This document shows positions 39,900 to 50,600 of a DNA stretch of 64,000 nucleotides, piece after piece. Where the stretch lies: the NCBI GenBank assembly GCA_934086955.1, contig CAKOIN010000002.1, positions 73,401 to 137,400 on the forward strand. Reading direction: 5' to 3'. This DNA is from an uncultured Bacilli bacterium (GTDB taxonomy: Bacteria > Bacillota_I > Bacilli_A > RF39 > UBA660). Positions within the stretch are counted from its first letter, which is position 1; each line of letters starts with the position of its first letter. Below the pieces are notes generated by a model, which had not been told where the DNA came from, did no database searches, and saw nothing but the letters and a program-made list of their open reading frames with translations. A program made the position numbers and the translations under genes.

Positions 39900-41111
39900 A
39901 TGGAGCAAGAAATAATAAGATTTATAATAGCTAATTTTCAAGAAGGAAATATAGTAGTACAATTAAAGAATTGCAAAAGATTAGTTTCATTCTTAAAAAA
40001 GAAAAAGTATGAATTAGATATTGATTCAGCCACTAATTTATTATATGAAAGTGAAGAACTAAATAAAATGGCAATGATAATTAGTCAAATGAATAGTGAT
40101 GAACTAGAAAATGAAGAGAATATTTCAATAATCATGTCAGCTTATAAATTAATAAATAGAAAAAATGATAAAATAACTAAAAAAGATACAACTCAAAAAA
40201 CAAATTCTTATGAAACAGTAAACATTAGTGCATTCGATAATATGGATTTATATTTAAAAGATCTTGCTGAAATAGCTGAAATAAATAGATTAACACATGA
40301 AGAAGAAATAAAATTAGGGAAAAAGGTACTTAGCGGAGATTTGGATGCTAAACAAAAATTAATTGAATCAAACTTACCTGTAGTGATTTATGTAGCGAAA
40401 AAATATGCAAAGAATGCAGGATCTCTATCAATGTTAGATTTAATACAAGAGGGAAATATAGGCTTAATGCAAGCTGTTGAAAGCTATGACTATAGAGTTG
40501 GAGCAAGATTTATTACTCATGCAGTATGGTGGATTAGACAAGCCATAACAAGAGGAATTGCAGACAAATCTAGAATGGTTAGATTACCTGTATATTTATT
40601 TGAAGATGTTAAAAGAATAAACAAATTAATAAGAGATTACCAAGAACAATACGGATTTGAACCAACTGATGAAACAATTTCAGATATATTATTTATTCCA
40701 GTAGAAAAAGTAAGAAGATTAAAAGTAGAAATGCAAGAACCCTTATCATTTTCACAACCTCTATCAAAAAGTAGAAATAATATAGAAAGTAATGGAGAAC
40801 TTGGAGAATTTGTAGCTGATTCAAACTCAGAAATATATAATTTTGAAAACGAATCATTTTATAATAGTTTTAATTCTGTAATATTTAACTCAGATATATT
40901 AACAGAAAGAGAAAAATATATTATTAAACATAGATTTGGTTTTGAAGGTGAAAAGCACGAAACATTAGAAGATATAGGTAAAACATTAGGTTTAACAAGA
41001 GAAAGAGTTAGACAACTAGAAAAAGGTGCATTAAAAATATTAAGAAATAGTGAAGAAATTAAATGCTTTAATCAAGATAGAGAACAACAATTAATATTTA
41101 GACATAATTAA
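39900..41111 (+). CDS. SigA/RpoD-like sigma-70 factor, paralog 2 (most divergent)
   Basis: Same architecture as paralog 1, with NLPVVIYVAKKY, FITHAVWWIRQ, RMVRLPVY and TLEDIGKTLGLTRERVRQLEKGALKIL. It begins 32 nt after paralog 1. Confidence 0.8.
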   Translation: MEQEIIRFIIANFQEGNIVVQLKNCKRLVSFLKKKKYELDIDSATNLLYESEELNKMAMIISQMNSDELENEENISIIMSAYKLINRKNDKITKKDTTQKTNSYETVNISAFDNMDLYLKDLAEIAEINRLTHEEEIKLGKKVLSGDLDAKQKLIESNLPVVIYVAKKYAKNAGSLSMLDLIQEGNIGLMQAVESYDYRVGARFITHAVWWIRQAITRGIADKSRMVRLPVYLFEDVKRINKLIRDYQEQYGFEPTDETISDILFIPVEKVRRLKVEMQEPLSFSQPLSKSRNNIESNGELGEFVADSNSEIYNFENESFYNSFNSVIFNSDILTEREKYIIKHRFGFEGEKHETLEDIGKTLGLTRERVRQLEKGALKILRNSEEIKCFNQDREQQLIFRHN

Positions 41112-41135
41112 AAAGCGATATTATCGCTTTTTATC
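41112..41135 (+). terminator. intrinsic terminator
   Basis: Stem AAGCGAT/ATCGCTT followed by a T-run. Confidence 0.65.
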
Positions 41136-41149
41136 TTTTTAAAATCTAG

Positions 41150-41239
41150 TTGCATATTTGATACAGATGTGCTATAATATGTAACTACTCAGTGAGGGGA
41201 ATAAAAAAACTTGTGTTTTAAGTGAAAATATGCTATAAT
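41150..41239 (+). promoter_or_regulatory. two tandem promoters of sigma paralog 3
   Basis: P1 is TTGCAT-17-TATAAT (41150-41178). P2 is TTGTGT-17-TATAAT (41211-41239). The TGCTATAATATG element is duplicated. Confidence 0.5.
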
Positions 41240-41263
41240 ATGCAGGAATTTAGGGGTGAAAAT

Positions 41264-42478
41264 ATGAAAAAGGAAATATTAGAATTTATAAAAAATAATT
41301 TTGTAAGTGGTAGTCAATCAGTACAATTAAAAAACTGGAGAAATTTAGTTTCGTTTTTAGGTGGTAAAAAATATAAATTAGATTCTAAACTAGCAACAGC
41401 TTTATTAAATGAAAGTCCTGAATTATATGAAATGACAGCTGCTTTAAATGAATTAAATGAAAAAGGTGATATTGAATCATTTAATAATGATAATATTGCA
41501 GTATTAATCTCATCATATTATTTAATGAATAATACTGAAGAAGAAATAGAAAATCCAAAAGAAGAAAAAAATGTAAAAGAAGAGTTTGAACCACAAGATA
41601 TTAGTACTATTGATAATGTAAAATTATATTTAAGAGAATTAGATAGTAAATTGTTAACAAAAGAAGAAGAATGTGAACTTGGAAAAAGAGTATCTGAAGG
41701 TGATGAAAAAGCAAAAGAAGAGTTAGTTGCTTCAAATTTAAGGTTAGTAGTTTCAATTGCTAAAAAATATACTACTATATCTGACACATTATCATTTGAA
41801 GATTTAATTCAAGAAGGAAATATTGGACTTATGAAAGCTGCTGATAAGTTTGATTATACATTAGGATATAAATTCAGTACATATGCTACTTGGTGGATTA
41901 GACAAGCTATAACAAGAGGAATAGCTGATCAATCAAGAACAATAAGAATACCAGTTCATTTACATGATAATTTAAGAAAAATGAATGTAGCAATAACTAA
42001 CTATATGTCAGAGTATGGTGAAGAACCTAGCGATAAATATTTAGCTGATTTATTAGGCATAACAGAAGAAGCAGTTAGAGAAAGAAAACTGGCCGCTCAA
42101 GGAGTTGTTTCATTATCACAGCCAGTAAGAAATGAAGGAGAAGAAGACGGAGACGAATTAGAAAGCTTTATCGAAGACCCAACATATAGTGATAATCTTG
42201 TTGCAGATGTCTTATATTTAAGAGATTTCAAATCAGCAGTATTTGATAAATCACCATTAACAGAAAGAGAAAAAATGGTATTAAAATGTAGATTTGGAAT
42301 TGATATGCCAAGGAGATATACATTAGAAGAAATAGGGAAAATGATGGGTGTAACAAGAGAAAGAGTTAGACAAATAGAAGCAAAAGCAATAAGAAGATTA
42401 AGAACAAACAGAGAAATCAAATCATTTAATCCTGAAAATGATGAACCTGGAATAAAATTAATAAGAAGACATAAGTAA
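41264..42478 (+). CDS. SigA/RpoD-like sigma-70 factor, paralog 3 (most canonical)
   Basis: Motifs [41 protein letters not shown] and [27 protein letters not shown]. The start was moved to ATG 41264. Confidence 0.85.
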   Translation: MKKEILEFIKNNFVSGSQSVQLKNWRNLVSFLGGKKYKLDSKLATALLNESPELYEMTAALNELNEKGDIESFNNDNIAVLISSYYLMNNTEEEIENPKEEKNVKEEFEPQDISTIDNVKLYLRELDSKLLTKEEECELGKRVSEGDEKAKEELVASNLRLVVSIAKKYTTISDTLSFEDLIQEGNIGLMKAADKFDYTLGYKFSTYATWWIRQAITRGIADQSRTIRIPVHLHDNLRKMNVAITNYMSEYGEEPSDKYLADLLGITEEAVRERKLAAQGVVSLSQPVRNEGEEDGDELESFIEDPTYSDNLVADVLYLRDFKSAVFDKSPLTEREKMVLKCRFGIDMPRRYTLEEIGKMMGVTRERVRQIEAKAIRRLRTNREIKSFNPENDEPGIKLIRRHK

Positions 42479-42479
42479 A

Positions 42480-42505
42480 ATGAGCTAGAAATAGTTCATT
42501 TTTAT
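42480..42505 (+). terminator. intrinsic terminator
   Basis: Stem ATGAGCTA/TAGTTCAT with a GAAA loop, followed by a T-run. Confidence 0.65.
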
Positions 42506-42553
42506 TTGAATATTTAATTGTATTTTATATATAATTTTGTTAAAATATTTCTT

Positions 42554-44344
42554 ATGGAAAGAGATAAAATAAAAAATTTTTGTATAATAGCTCATATAGA
42601 TCATGGAAAGAGTACTCTTGCTGATAGAATACTTGATATTTGTCATGCTGTAACAGAAAGAGAAAAGAAAGCACAAATACTCGATTCTATGGATCTTGAA
42701 AGAGAAAGAGGAATAACTATTAAATTAAATGCTGTTGAACTTAAATATAAAGGGTATACATTACATTTAATAGATACACCAGGACATGTAGATTTTAGCT
42801 ATGAAGTAAGCAGAAGTTTAGCAGCCTGTGAAGGAGCAATATTAGTAGTTGATGCTACACAAGGAATAGAAGCACAAACATTAGCTAATCTATATTTAGC
42901 ACTAGAAGCTAATTTAAAAATAATACCTGTAATTAATAAAATAGATTTACCTAATGCAGACCCTGAAAGAGTTAAAGATGAGCTTGTTAATACAATAGGA
43001 TTTGATAGAGATGAAATAATTTGTTGTTCAGGTAAAACTGGTGAAGGAGTAGATAAGTTACTTGATGCAGTAATTGAAAGAATACCATCACCAAAAAGTA
43101 ATAGTAATAAATTAAGAGCATTAATTTTTGATAGTTACTTTGATCCTTACAAAGGTGTCGTTATACTTATAAGAATAATGGACGGTACAGTAAAAGTAGG
43201 AGACAAAATAAGATTTATAAATAGTAATGCAGTTTATGAAGTTTTAGAACTTGGAAAACATACACCACATGAAATAAAGAAAAAAGAACTTACTAGTGGC
43301 GAAGTAGGATTTTTAAGTGCATCAATTAAAAGTATTACAGAAGTAGAAGTTGGAGATACTATTTGTATTGATGGTGAGACAGTTGAAGCACTTCCTGGAT
43401 ATAAACATGTAGTACCAATGGTTTATAGTGGTATATATCCAATAGATAGTTCTAAATATAATCAACTAAAAGAAGCATTATTAAAATTAAAATTAAGCGA
43501 TGCAGCTCTTGTATTTGAACCGGAAACATCAGTCGCATTAGGATTTGGATTCAGATGTGGCTTTTTAGGATTACTTCACATGGAAATAATAGAAGAGAGA
43601 ATAGAAAGAGAATTCAATATTGATATAATCGCAACTAGCCCTTCTGTTATATATGAAGTTATTAAAAGTGATGGAGAAACTGTAATGATAGATTCACCAT
43701 CTAAAATGCCTGATCCAGCTAAAGTATCAAAAATATTAGAACCATATGTTAAAGCTAATATATATGTTCCAAGTGAATATGTAGGAGCTATAATGGAACT
43801 TTGCCAAGACAAAAGAGGCACATATAAAAATATGTCATATATAGATTCAACAAGAGTTAATATTACATATGACTTACCACTTTCAGAAATTGTATATGAT
43901 TTCTTTGATAAATTAAAAAGTTATACAAAAGGTTATGCATCTTTTGATTATGAATTTATTGGTAATTTTGAAAGTAAACTTGTTAAAATGGATATCTTAT
44001 TAAATGGAGAAATCATAGATGCACTTAGTGTTATAGTTCATAAAGACTTTGCATATAAAAGAGGTAAAGTTATATGTGAAAACTTAAAAAAGATAATACC
44101 AAGACAAATGTTTCAAGTACCAATACAAGCTTGTATTGGCTCAAAAGTAATCGCAAGAGAAGATATAAGTGCTATGAAAAAGAATGTACTTGCTAAATGT
44201 TATGGTGGAGATGTTTCAAGAAAAAGAAAACTTCTAGAGAAACAAAAAGAAGGCAAAAAAAGAATGAAACAAGTGGGTAGTGTTTCAATACCACAAGAAG
44301 CCTTTTTAACTATACTTAGTACAGACTCAGTAAATGATGATTAA
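42554..44344 (+). CDS. lepA: elongation factor 4
   Basis: Motifs [28 protein letters not shown] and NKIDL, plus the LepA C-terminal domain. The start was moved to MERDKIKNF. Confidence 0.95.
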   Translation: MERDKIKNFCIIAHIDHGKSTLADRILDICHAVTEREKKAQILDSMDLERERGITIKLNAVELKYKGYTLHLIDTPGHVDFSYEVSRSLAACEGAILVVDATQGIEAQTLANLYLALEANLKIIPVINKIDLPNADPERVKDELVNTIGFDRDEIICCSGKTGEGVDKLLDAVIERIPSPKSNSNKLRALIFDSYFDPYKGVVILIRIMDGTVKVGDKIRFINSNAVYEVLELGKHTPHEIKKKELTSGEVGFLSASIKSITEVEVGDTICIDGETVEALPGYKHVVPMVYSGIYPIDSSKYNQLKEALLKLKLSDAALVFEPETSVALGFGFRCGFLGLLHMEIIEERIEREFNIDIIATSPSVIYEVIKSDGETVMIDSPSKMPDPAKVSKILEPYVKANIYVPSEYVGAIMELCQDKRGTYKNMSYIDSTRVNITYDLPLSEIVYDFFDKLKSYTKGYASFDYEFIGNFESKLVKMDILLNGEIIDALSVIVHKDFAYKRGKVICENLKKIIPRQMFQVPIQACIGSKVIAREDISAMKKNVLAKCYGGDVSRKRKLLEKQKEGKKRMKQVGSVSIPQEAFLTILSTDSVNDD

Positions 44345-44592
44345 TGAAAGAAAGTAAGAGTATCATTGTAAGAATCATTTCTTACATCTACCTCATTACT
44401 TTCTTTTATATTGTCTAAAACTTTATCTTCCTTTTTAAATAAACTTTTTTCATGATTAACATAAGGCCTAATTTCTTTATATACTGGAATAATTTTCTTA
44501 ACAACTCCTAATGTTTTATTAGTACCAGATATTACACTAGAAATTTTAATTCCCTTCAAAATGCCTAGCAAATTACTATTCATATTATTCAC
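44341..44592 (-). CDS. small hypothetical protein (possibly VrrA/YqfQ-like)
   Basis: RBS AGGTGA. Its stop overlaps the lepA stop by 4 nt, tail to tail. The family call rests only on weak pattern resemblance. Confidence 0.4.
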   Translation of the reverse strand: MNNMNSNLLGILKGIKISSVISGTNKTLGVVKKIIPVYKEIRPYVNHEKSLFKKEDKVLDNIKESNEVDVRNDSYNDTLTFFH

Positions 44593-44696
44593 CTATAATA
44601 TTATATTTAAAAGTATTAAAAAAGTTAAAAAATATGTTTTTATTTTTAATTTAATATGTTATAATCGATATAGTAGAATAAGAAGGAACTGATAGT

Positions 44697-46529
44697 ATGG
44701 CTAAGGAAAAAGAAAAAAAAGTCAAACCTAAGAAAAAAGATACAAAGAAAAAAGATACTATTAAAAAAGATACTACTAAAAAACCAAGAATAAATCCAAT
44801 AAAATTTATTATAAATGAAATAATAGTTTTAATTAAATCAGTTGGCATGGGAGTATTTGGTTTTTTCGATCTTATTGTATCATTCATTGTTTCATTTGTT
44901 TCATATACATACTGGGGAATAAGAAATATAATAGTATTCTTCTGGAAACTATGTTTTAAAGGTGTGTTTGGTGAATTATATGCAATGCTTTTTTCATGTT
45001 ATAGTGGTTTTATATTCATATTTTCAACAATATTTGTTGACCTTCCTATGTTTTTATATGATAAATGTAGTAAAGTAGTATATAAATATTATAAGAAATA
45101 TAAAGACTATCAAGAGGCTCAAAAAGCTAAAAAAGCATTAGAGGCTGAAAAAGCACTTGGAAGTAAATCACTTACAAAAACATTAGCTGATTACATAACA
45201 GAAAAATACGAAAACTTATCATTTGTAAAAGAAGCAAGAGCTAAAAAAGAAGCAAGTTTAGTAGTATTAACATTAGACCCAAATGGTGCTGATGCAGTAA
45301 AATCTGCTACAAAACAAACATATAGGTATCTAGTTAGAGGAAAAGATGGAAAACTTCTAAAAGGTTATTTCCCAGCTTTTTCAAAAATGGATGTATACTC
45401 TTATTTAACAGATGAAGGATATACAGTCTATGAAATAGTAACAAATTGGTCAATCAATTTCTTACATGCTGATGCAACTGCATTTAAACAAAAAATGAAA
45501 ATAAAAGATCTAGTATTCTGGCTTACTCAATTATCAACTTACATTAGAGCAGGTATTGCATTAACTGATGCAGTTAAGATACTAGCAAAACAAGATAAAA
45601 GAAAAAAATATAAACCTGTTTATGAGTCACTTATATATGAACTTACAATGGGTGAAAGTTTTAGTGAATCATTAAGAAAACAAGGAAATGTGTTTCCAGC
45701 ATTACTTGTTAATATGATTAAATCATCAGAACTTATTGGTAATATAGAAGATACATTAGATGAAATGGCTGATTACTATCAAGAGGTTGAAGATACAAAG
45801 AGAGCAGTAATAAGTGCAATGGCATATCCATGTGTCGTATTACTATTTGCTATAGGTATAGTTATATTTATGCTTACATACATAGTACCTAAATTCGTTG
45901 GTATTTATGAATCAATGAATGCTGAATTAAATATAGTTACTGTAATTACTCTACAAATATCAGCTTTCTTAAGAACACAATATGTCCCATTAATACTTGG
46001 AATTGTTGGATTTGCAGTACTTTATACAGTTCTATATATCAAAGTAAAAGCATTTAGAACATTTATGCAAACAATATTTATGAAATTACCAGTAGTTGGA
46101 AATATTCTTACATATAAAGAAATGTCACTATTTGCAAGAACATTTGCAACATTACAAAAGAACAATGTATTATTAACTGATAGTATTGATATACTAGCAA
46201 AAATAACAAATAATGAAATATATAAATCAATAATGAATCACACAATTAATAACTTAATTAAAGGTGAAAAAATGAGTGAATCATTTAAAGATAACTGGGC
46301 AATACCAGATGTAGCATATTACATGATTTTAACTGGTGAATCAACTGGTGAACTTGCAAATATGTTAGAAAAAATAGGCGACTATTATCAAAAATTAGAA
46401 AAGAATAGTGTTAATATGATTAAGACATTTATAGAACCAGTATTAATAGTATTCTTAGCAGTAGTTGTAGGATTTATTCTAATCGCTGTAGTTGTACCAA
46501 TGTTCGGAATTTATTCAACAATAAGCTAG
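44697..46529 (+). CDS. type II secretion/type IV pilus platform protein (GspF/PilC family) with a ~200-aa N-terminal extension
   Basis: Two GspF-type domains (FWLTQLSTYIRAGIAL...; FARTFATLQKNNVLL...). They are preceded by a K-rich tail and extra TM segments. Confidence 0.8.
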   Translation: MAKEKEKKVKPKKKDTKKKDTIKKDTTKKPRINPIKFIINEIIVLIKSVGMGVFGFFDLIVSFIVSFVSYTYWGIRNIIVFFWKLCFKGVFGELYAMLFSCYSGFIFIFSTIFVDLPMFLYDKCSKVVYKYYKKYKDYQEAQKAKKALEAEKALGSKSLTKTLADYITEKYENLSFVKEARAKKEASLVVLTLDPNGADAVKSATKQTYRYLVRGKDGKLLKGYFPAFSKMDVYSYLTDEGYTVYEIVTNWSINFLHADATAFKQKMKIKDLVFWLTQLSTYIRAGIALTDAVKILAKQDKRKKYKPVYESLIYELTMGESFSESLRKQGNVFPALLVNMIKSSELIGNIEDTLDEMADYYQEVEDTKRAVISAMAYPCVVLLFAIGIVIFMLTYIVPKFVGIYESMNAELNIVTVITLQISAFLRTQYVPLILGIVGFAVLYTVLYIKVKAFRTFMQTIFMKLPVVGNILTYKEMSLFARTFATLQKNNVLLTDSIDILAKITNNEIYKSIMNHTINNLIKGEKMSESFKDNWAIPDVAYYMILTGESTGELANMLEKIGDYYQKLEKNSVNMIKTFIEPVLIVFLAVVVGFILIAVVVPMFGIYSTIS

Positions 46530-46542
46530 TTGGGGTGAAGGT

Positions 46543-47304
46543 ATGGAAATATTTACAATGATTTATGTTACAATAGTAGGAGCAATAATGGGTAGCTTTT
46601 TAGGATGTATGGGCTATAGAATACCAAACAAAATAAAAACTACCTATCCAAGTAGCTTCTGTAATGACTGTGGAAAACCACTAAAATGGTATATGAATAT
46701 ACCAATAATATCTTACATAGCTCTTGGTGGTAAATGTGCATATTGTAAGAAACCAATAAATTTTATTTATCCATTTGTTGAAATAGCATGTGCATTATTA
46801 TTCTTATGTAACTATGTAACATTTAGCTTTACAATGAATTTCTTTATAAGTACAATACTTACTTGTGCATTAATGGTAACAATAGTAAGTGACTTCTTAT
46901 ATTTCTATATATCAGATAGAGTACTTGTACTTTCAGGAATTGGTATTGTAATAACATTATTATGTTTTGAAAGTACTGATATTGTATTTAAACATATAAT
47001 AGCAAGTGCTATCATATTTATATTAATGTATTTAATAAAACTACTTGGAAATGTATTATTTAAAAAAGAATCACTTGGTGATGGTGATATAAAATTAATG
47101 GGAATTGTAGGATTATCAATAGGAATTATGAATAGTATTGTTTCATTATTTATAGCTTCAGTAACAGGACTTATATTTTCATTAATAGTAAGTAAAAAGA
47201 ACAAAGAAGGAATAATTCCTTTTGGACCATTTCTTCTTATAGGAGCACTTATAACACTATATTTTAGTGATATAATAACACCGTTCTTACAAGCATATTT
47301 ATAA
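46543..47304 (+). CDS. prepilin peptidase (A24 family)
   Basis: N-terminal Cys pairs (CNDCGK...CAYCKK), polytopic TM helices and the GDGDIKLMG motif. Confidence 0.85.
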   Translation: MEIFTMIYVTIVGAIMGSFLGCMGYRIPNKIKTTYPSSFCNDCGKPLKWYMNIPIISYIALGGKCAYCKKPINFIYPFVEIACALLFLCNYVTFSFTMNFFISTILTCALMVTIVSDFLYFYISDRVLVLSGIGIVITLLCFESTDIVFKHIIASAIIFILMYLIKLLGNVLFKKESLGDGDIKLMGIVGLSIGIMNSIVSLFIASVTGLIFSLIVSKKNKEGIIPFGPFLLIGALITLYFSDIITPFLQAYL

Positions 47305-47326
47305 GCACTAGAAATAGTGCTTTTTA
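47304..47326 (+). terminator. intrinsic terminator
   Basis: Stem AGCACTA/TAGTGCT with a GAAA loop, followed by a T-run. Confidence 0.7.
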
Positions 47327-47365
47327 ATTGAATAAAAATATTAAGTTTTTACAATAAAAATTAGT

Positions 47366-47394
47366 CTTTACAATAAAAAAACATAGTGTTATAA
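47366..47394 (+). promoter_or_regulatory. promoter of the ileS leader
   Basis: TTTACA-17-TATAAT with an extended -10 TG. Confidence 0.6.
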
Positions 47395-47403
47395 TGTATG
47401 TAT

Positions 47404-47607
47404 TCAAAACAAGGGATGAAGACGATATATAATTAAAGTTGATAGAGAGCTAGTGTTTGGTGAAAACTAGTAACAATATTATATATGGATCACTTCTGAT
47501 GTTATCTATGGATAAGATAGATACGCATAATTGCGTTAAAATAATAAAGTAAATAAAGGGATGGTACCGTCTATTTTAGACTCCTTGTACTATCTCTTTT
47601 TTATTTA
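47404..47607 (+). promoter_or_regulatory. T-box riboswitch leader, isoleucine specifier (ATC)
   Basis: GA motif GGGATGA...CTGATG. AG bulge AGAGAG and distal loop GGTGAAA. ATC at 47488-47490 is followed by A. T-box AGGGATGGTACCGTC. An 11-bp terminator (AGGGATGGTAC/GTACTATCTCT) is followed by T6. Confidence 0.85.
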
Positions 47608-47623
47608 TAAAAAGGAGGAAAAT

Positions 47624-50600
47624 ATGAAAGAATTTGAAAGTCTAAGAAACAAACCAGTGGAAGAGAATGAAAAAATACTTATTGATTTTTGGAAAAATGA
47701 TAATATTCTAAATAAATCAATAGAACAAAGAAGTAAAAATTCTAACTATGTATTCTATGATGGACCAGCTACAGCTAATGGAAACCCAGGACTTCATCAT
47801 ATGATTGCTAAGTTTCTTAAAGATACTTTTTGTAAGTATCAAACTATGAAAGGCAACAGAGTAATTAGAAAAATAGGTTGGGATACTCATGGTTTACCAG
47901 TAGAAGTACAAGTAGAAAAAGAATTACACTTTGATGGTAAAAAGGATATAGAAAAGTACGGAATTGAAAAATTTAATGAAAAATGTAAAGAATCAGTATG
48001 GACTAATGTAGATGCATTTAATAGATTAACTGATGAAATGGGACAATTAATTGATTTAGAAAATCCATATATTACATATGATAATAGTTATATTGAAACA
48101 GAATGGTATATCTTAAAGAAATTTTTTGATGAAGGATTGTTCTACGAAGGAGTTAAAATTGTACCTTGGTGTCCTAGATGTGGAACAGGATTAGCTTCAC
48201 ATGAAGTTGCTCAAGGCTATGAAAGTGTTACTGCTAATACTGTAATAGTTCCATTTAAGAAAAAAGATAGTGATGAATATTTCTTAGTATGGACAACAAC
48301 TCCATGGACACTAATTGCTAATTTAGCACTTTGTGTAAATCCAGATGAAGATTATGTAACAGTAGAGAGCAAAGGATACAAATTTATCTTAGCTGAAAAA
48401 CTAGCTCCATCAGTAATTGGTGAAGACTACACAGTTTTAGAAAAGTATAAAGGTAAGGATTTAGAATATACTGAATATGAACAATTAATGCCATTTATTG
48501 ATGTTAAAGGCAAAGCATTCATGGTATTATGCGATAATTATGTAACTACTGAAGATGGTACTGGTGTAGTACATATTGCTCCTGCTTATGGACAAGATGA
48601 CGCTAATGTATGTAAAAAATATAAAATTACATATGTAAATCCAGTTGGAGAAGATGGAAAATATACAGAAGGTCCATGGAAAGGACAAAATGTATTCGAA
48701 GTTGATGAAATAATTATTAAATGGTTAAAAGAAAATGATAAACTATTTAAAAAGATAAAAATGGAACATGATTATCCTCATTGTTGGAGATGTCATCACC
48801 CATTACTATATTATTCAAGACCAAGTTATTATTTAGAAATAACTAAAATTAAAGATAAAATAGTTGAAGCTAATAAAACAGTTAATTGGTTTCCAACATT
48901 TGTTGGTGAAAAAAGATTCGGCAATTGGTTAGAAAATCTAAATGATTGGGCTATTTCAAGAAATAGATATTGGGGAACACCATTACCATTATGGAGATGT
49001 GAATGTGGTCATATGGAAATGATCGGAAGTAGAGATGAGTTAGCAGAAAAAGCAATTGAAACTGTTGATCCTAAAACAATAGACTTACATAGACCATATG
49101 TAGATAATATTCATATTAAGTGTCCACATTGTGGAAAAGAAATGACTAGATGTGAAGAAGTAATAGATTGTTGGTTTGATAGTGGTTCAATGCCATTTGC
49201 TCAATATCACTATCCATTTGAAAATAAAGAATTATGGGAAAGCCAATTTCCAGCAGACTTTATATCAGAAGGAATTGATCAAACAAGAGGTTGGTTCTAT
49301 TCATTACTTGTAATAAGTGTATTCTTAACAGGTAAAAGTCCATATAAAAATGTACTAGTAAATGAATTACTACTTGATAAAAATGGTCAAAAAATGCATA
49401 AATCAAAGGGTAATTCAATTGAACCATTCTCATTAATTCATAAATATGGTGCTGATCCAATCAGATGGTATATAGCTTATGCTTCACCAGTATGGACTCC
49501 ACTTAAGTTTGATGAAGATGGTGTTAAAGAAGCAAATTCTAAATTATTTAGTACACTTAAAAATACATATACATTCTTTGAAATGTATGCTAATGCTGAT
49601 AAATTAAGTCTTAAAGATTTTGATATTAGCTATGATAAGTTAGATCAAATAGATTATTGGTTACTATCTAAATACAATAATTTAGTTAAAAATGTTACTC
49701 TTAACATGGATAAATATGATTTAAATAAAACAGTACATTTAATTCAAGACTTCGTTTGTGATGATTTAAGTAACTGGTATATCAGAAGAAATAGAAGAAG
49801 ATTCTGGGAAAGTGAACTTACTGATTCTAAAAAAGCTGTTTATAAAACTACTTATGATGTATTAGTTGGTTTATGTAAATTAATAGCTCCAATAAGTCCA
49901 TTCTTAAGTGAAGAAATTTATCAAAAACTTACCGGTGAAGAAAGTGTTCATTTAGCTGATTATCCAGTATGTGATGAATCATTAATTGATGAAAAGTTAG
50001 AAGAAAAAATGGATTTAGTAATCGAATTAATAAGTTATACTAGAAATATTCGTGAAGAAGCTAAAATTAAAGTTCGTCAACCTATTAAAGAAGTAATATT
50101 CGAAGAAAAATATAAATCTTTAGCTGGTGAATTTGAAAATCTATTTAAAGAAGAACTTAATGTTAAAGAAATAAATTGGACTGATGATTTATCTAATTAT
50201 ATAAGTGTTTCATATAAACCAAACTTTAAAGTAGTAGGTCAAGTATTAGGAAGTAATATTAAAGCATTTACTGAATATTTAAATAATATTAGTAAAGAAG
50301 ATAGTGAAACATTAGAAAATGGAAATTTAACTATTAATTTAAATGGAAATGAGTATAATATTGATTCATCTTATGTATTAAAAACTATTAATGGAAAAGA
50401 TGGATATAAAGCAGTAATGTTAAATCATAAAACTGTTATTATAAATACTACACTTGATCAAAAACTAATTAATGAAGGTATAGCAAGAGAAATTGTATCT
50501 AAAGTACAAAATCTAAGAAAAACAAGTGGATTTGATATATCAGATAGAATAGATATGATTTATAATGGTCAAAAAGAGATAGTAGATGCTATAGATGAAT

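Noticed and set aside
42506-42556. lepA appears to have a very short, SD-less leader (TTGAAT-18-TATAAT ends about 18 nt before the ATG).
   Set aside because: The promoter call is weak in this AT-rich stretch, and transcription could read through from upstream. This is not enough evidence for a leaderless or short-leader claim.
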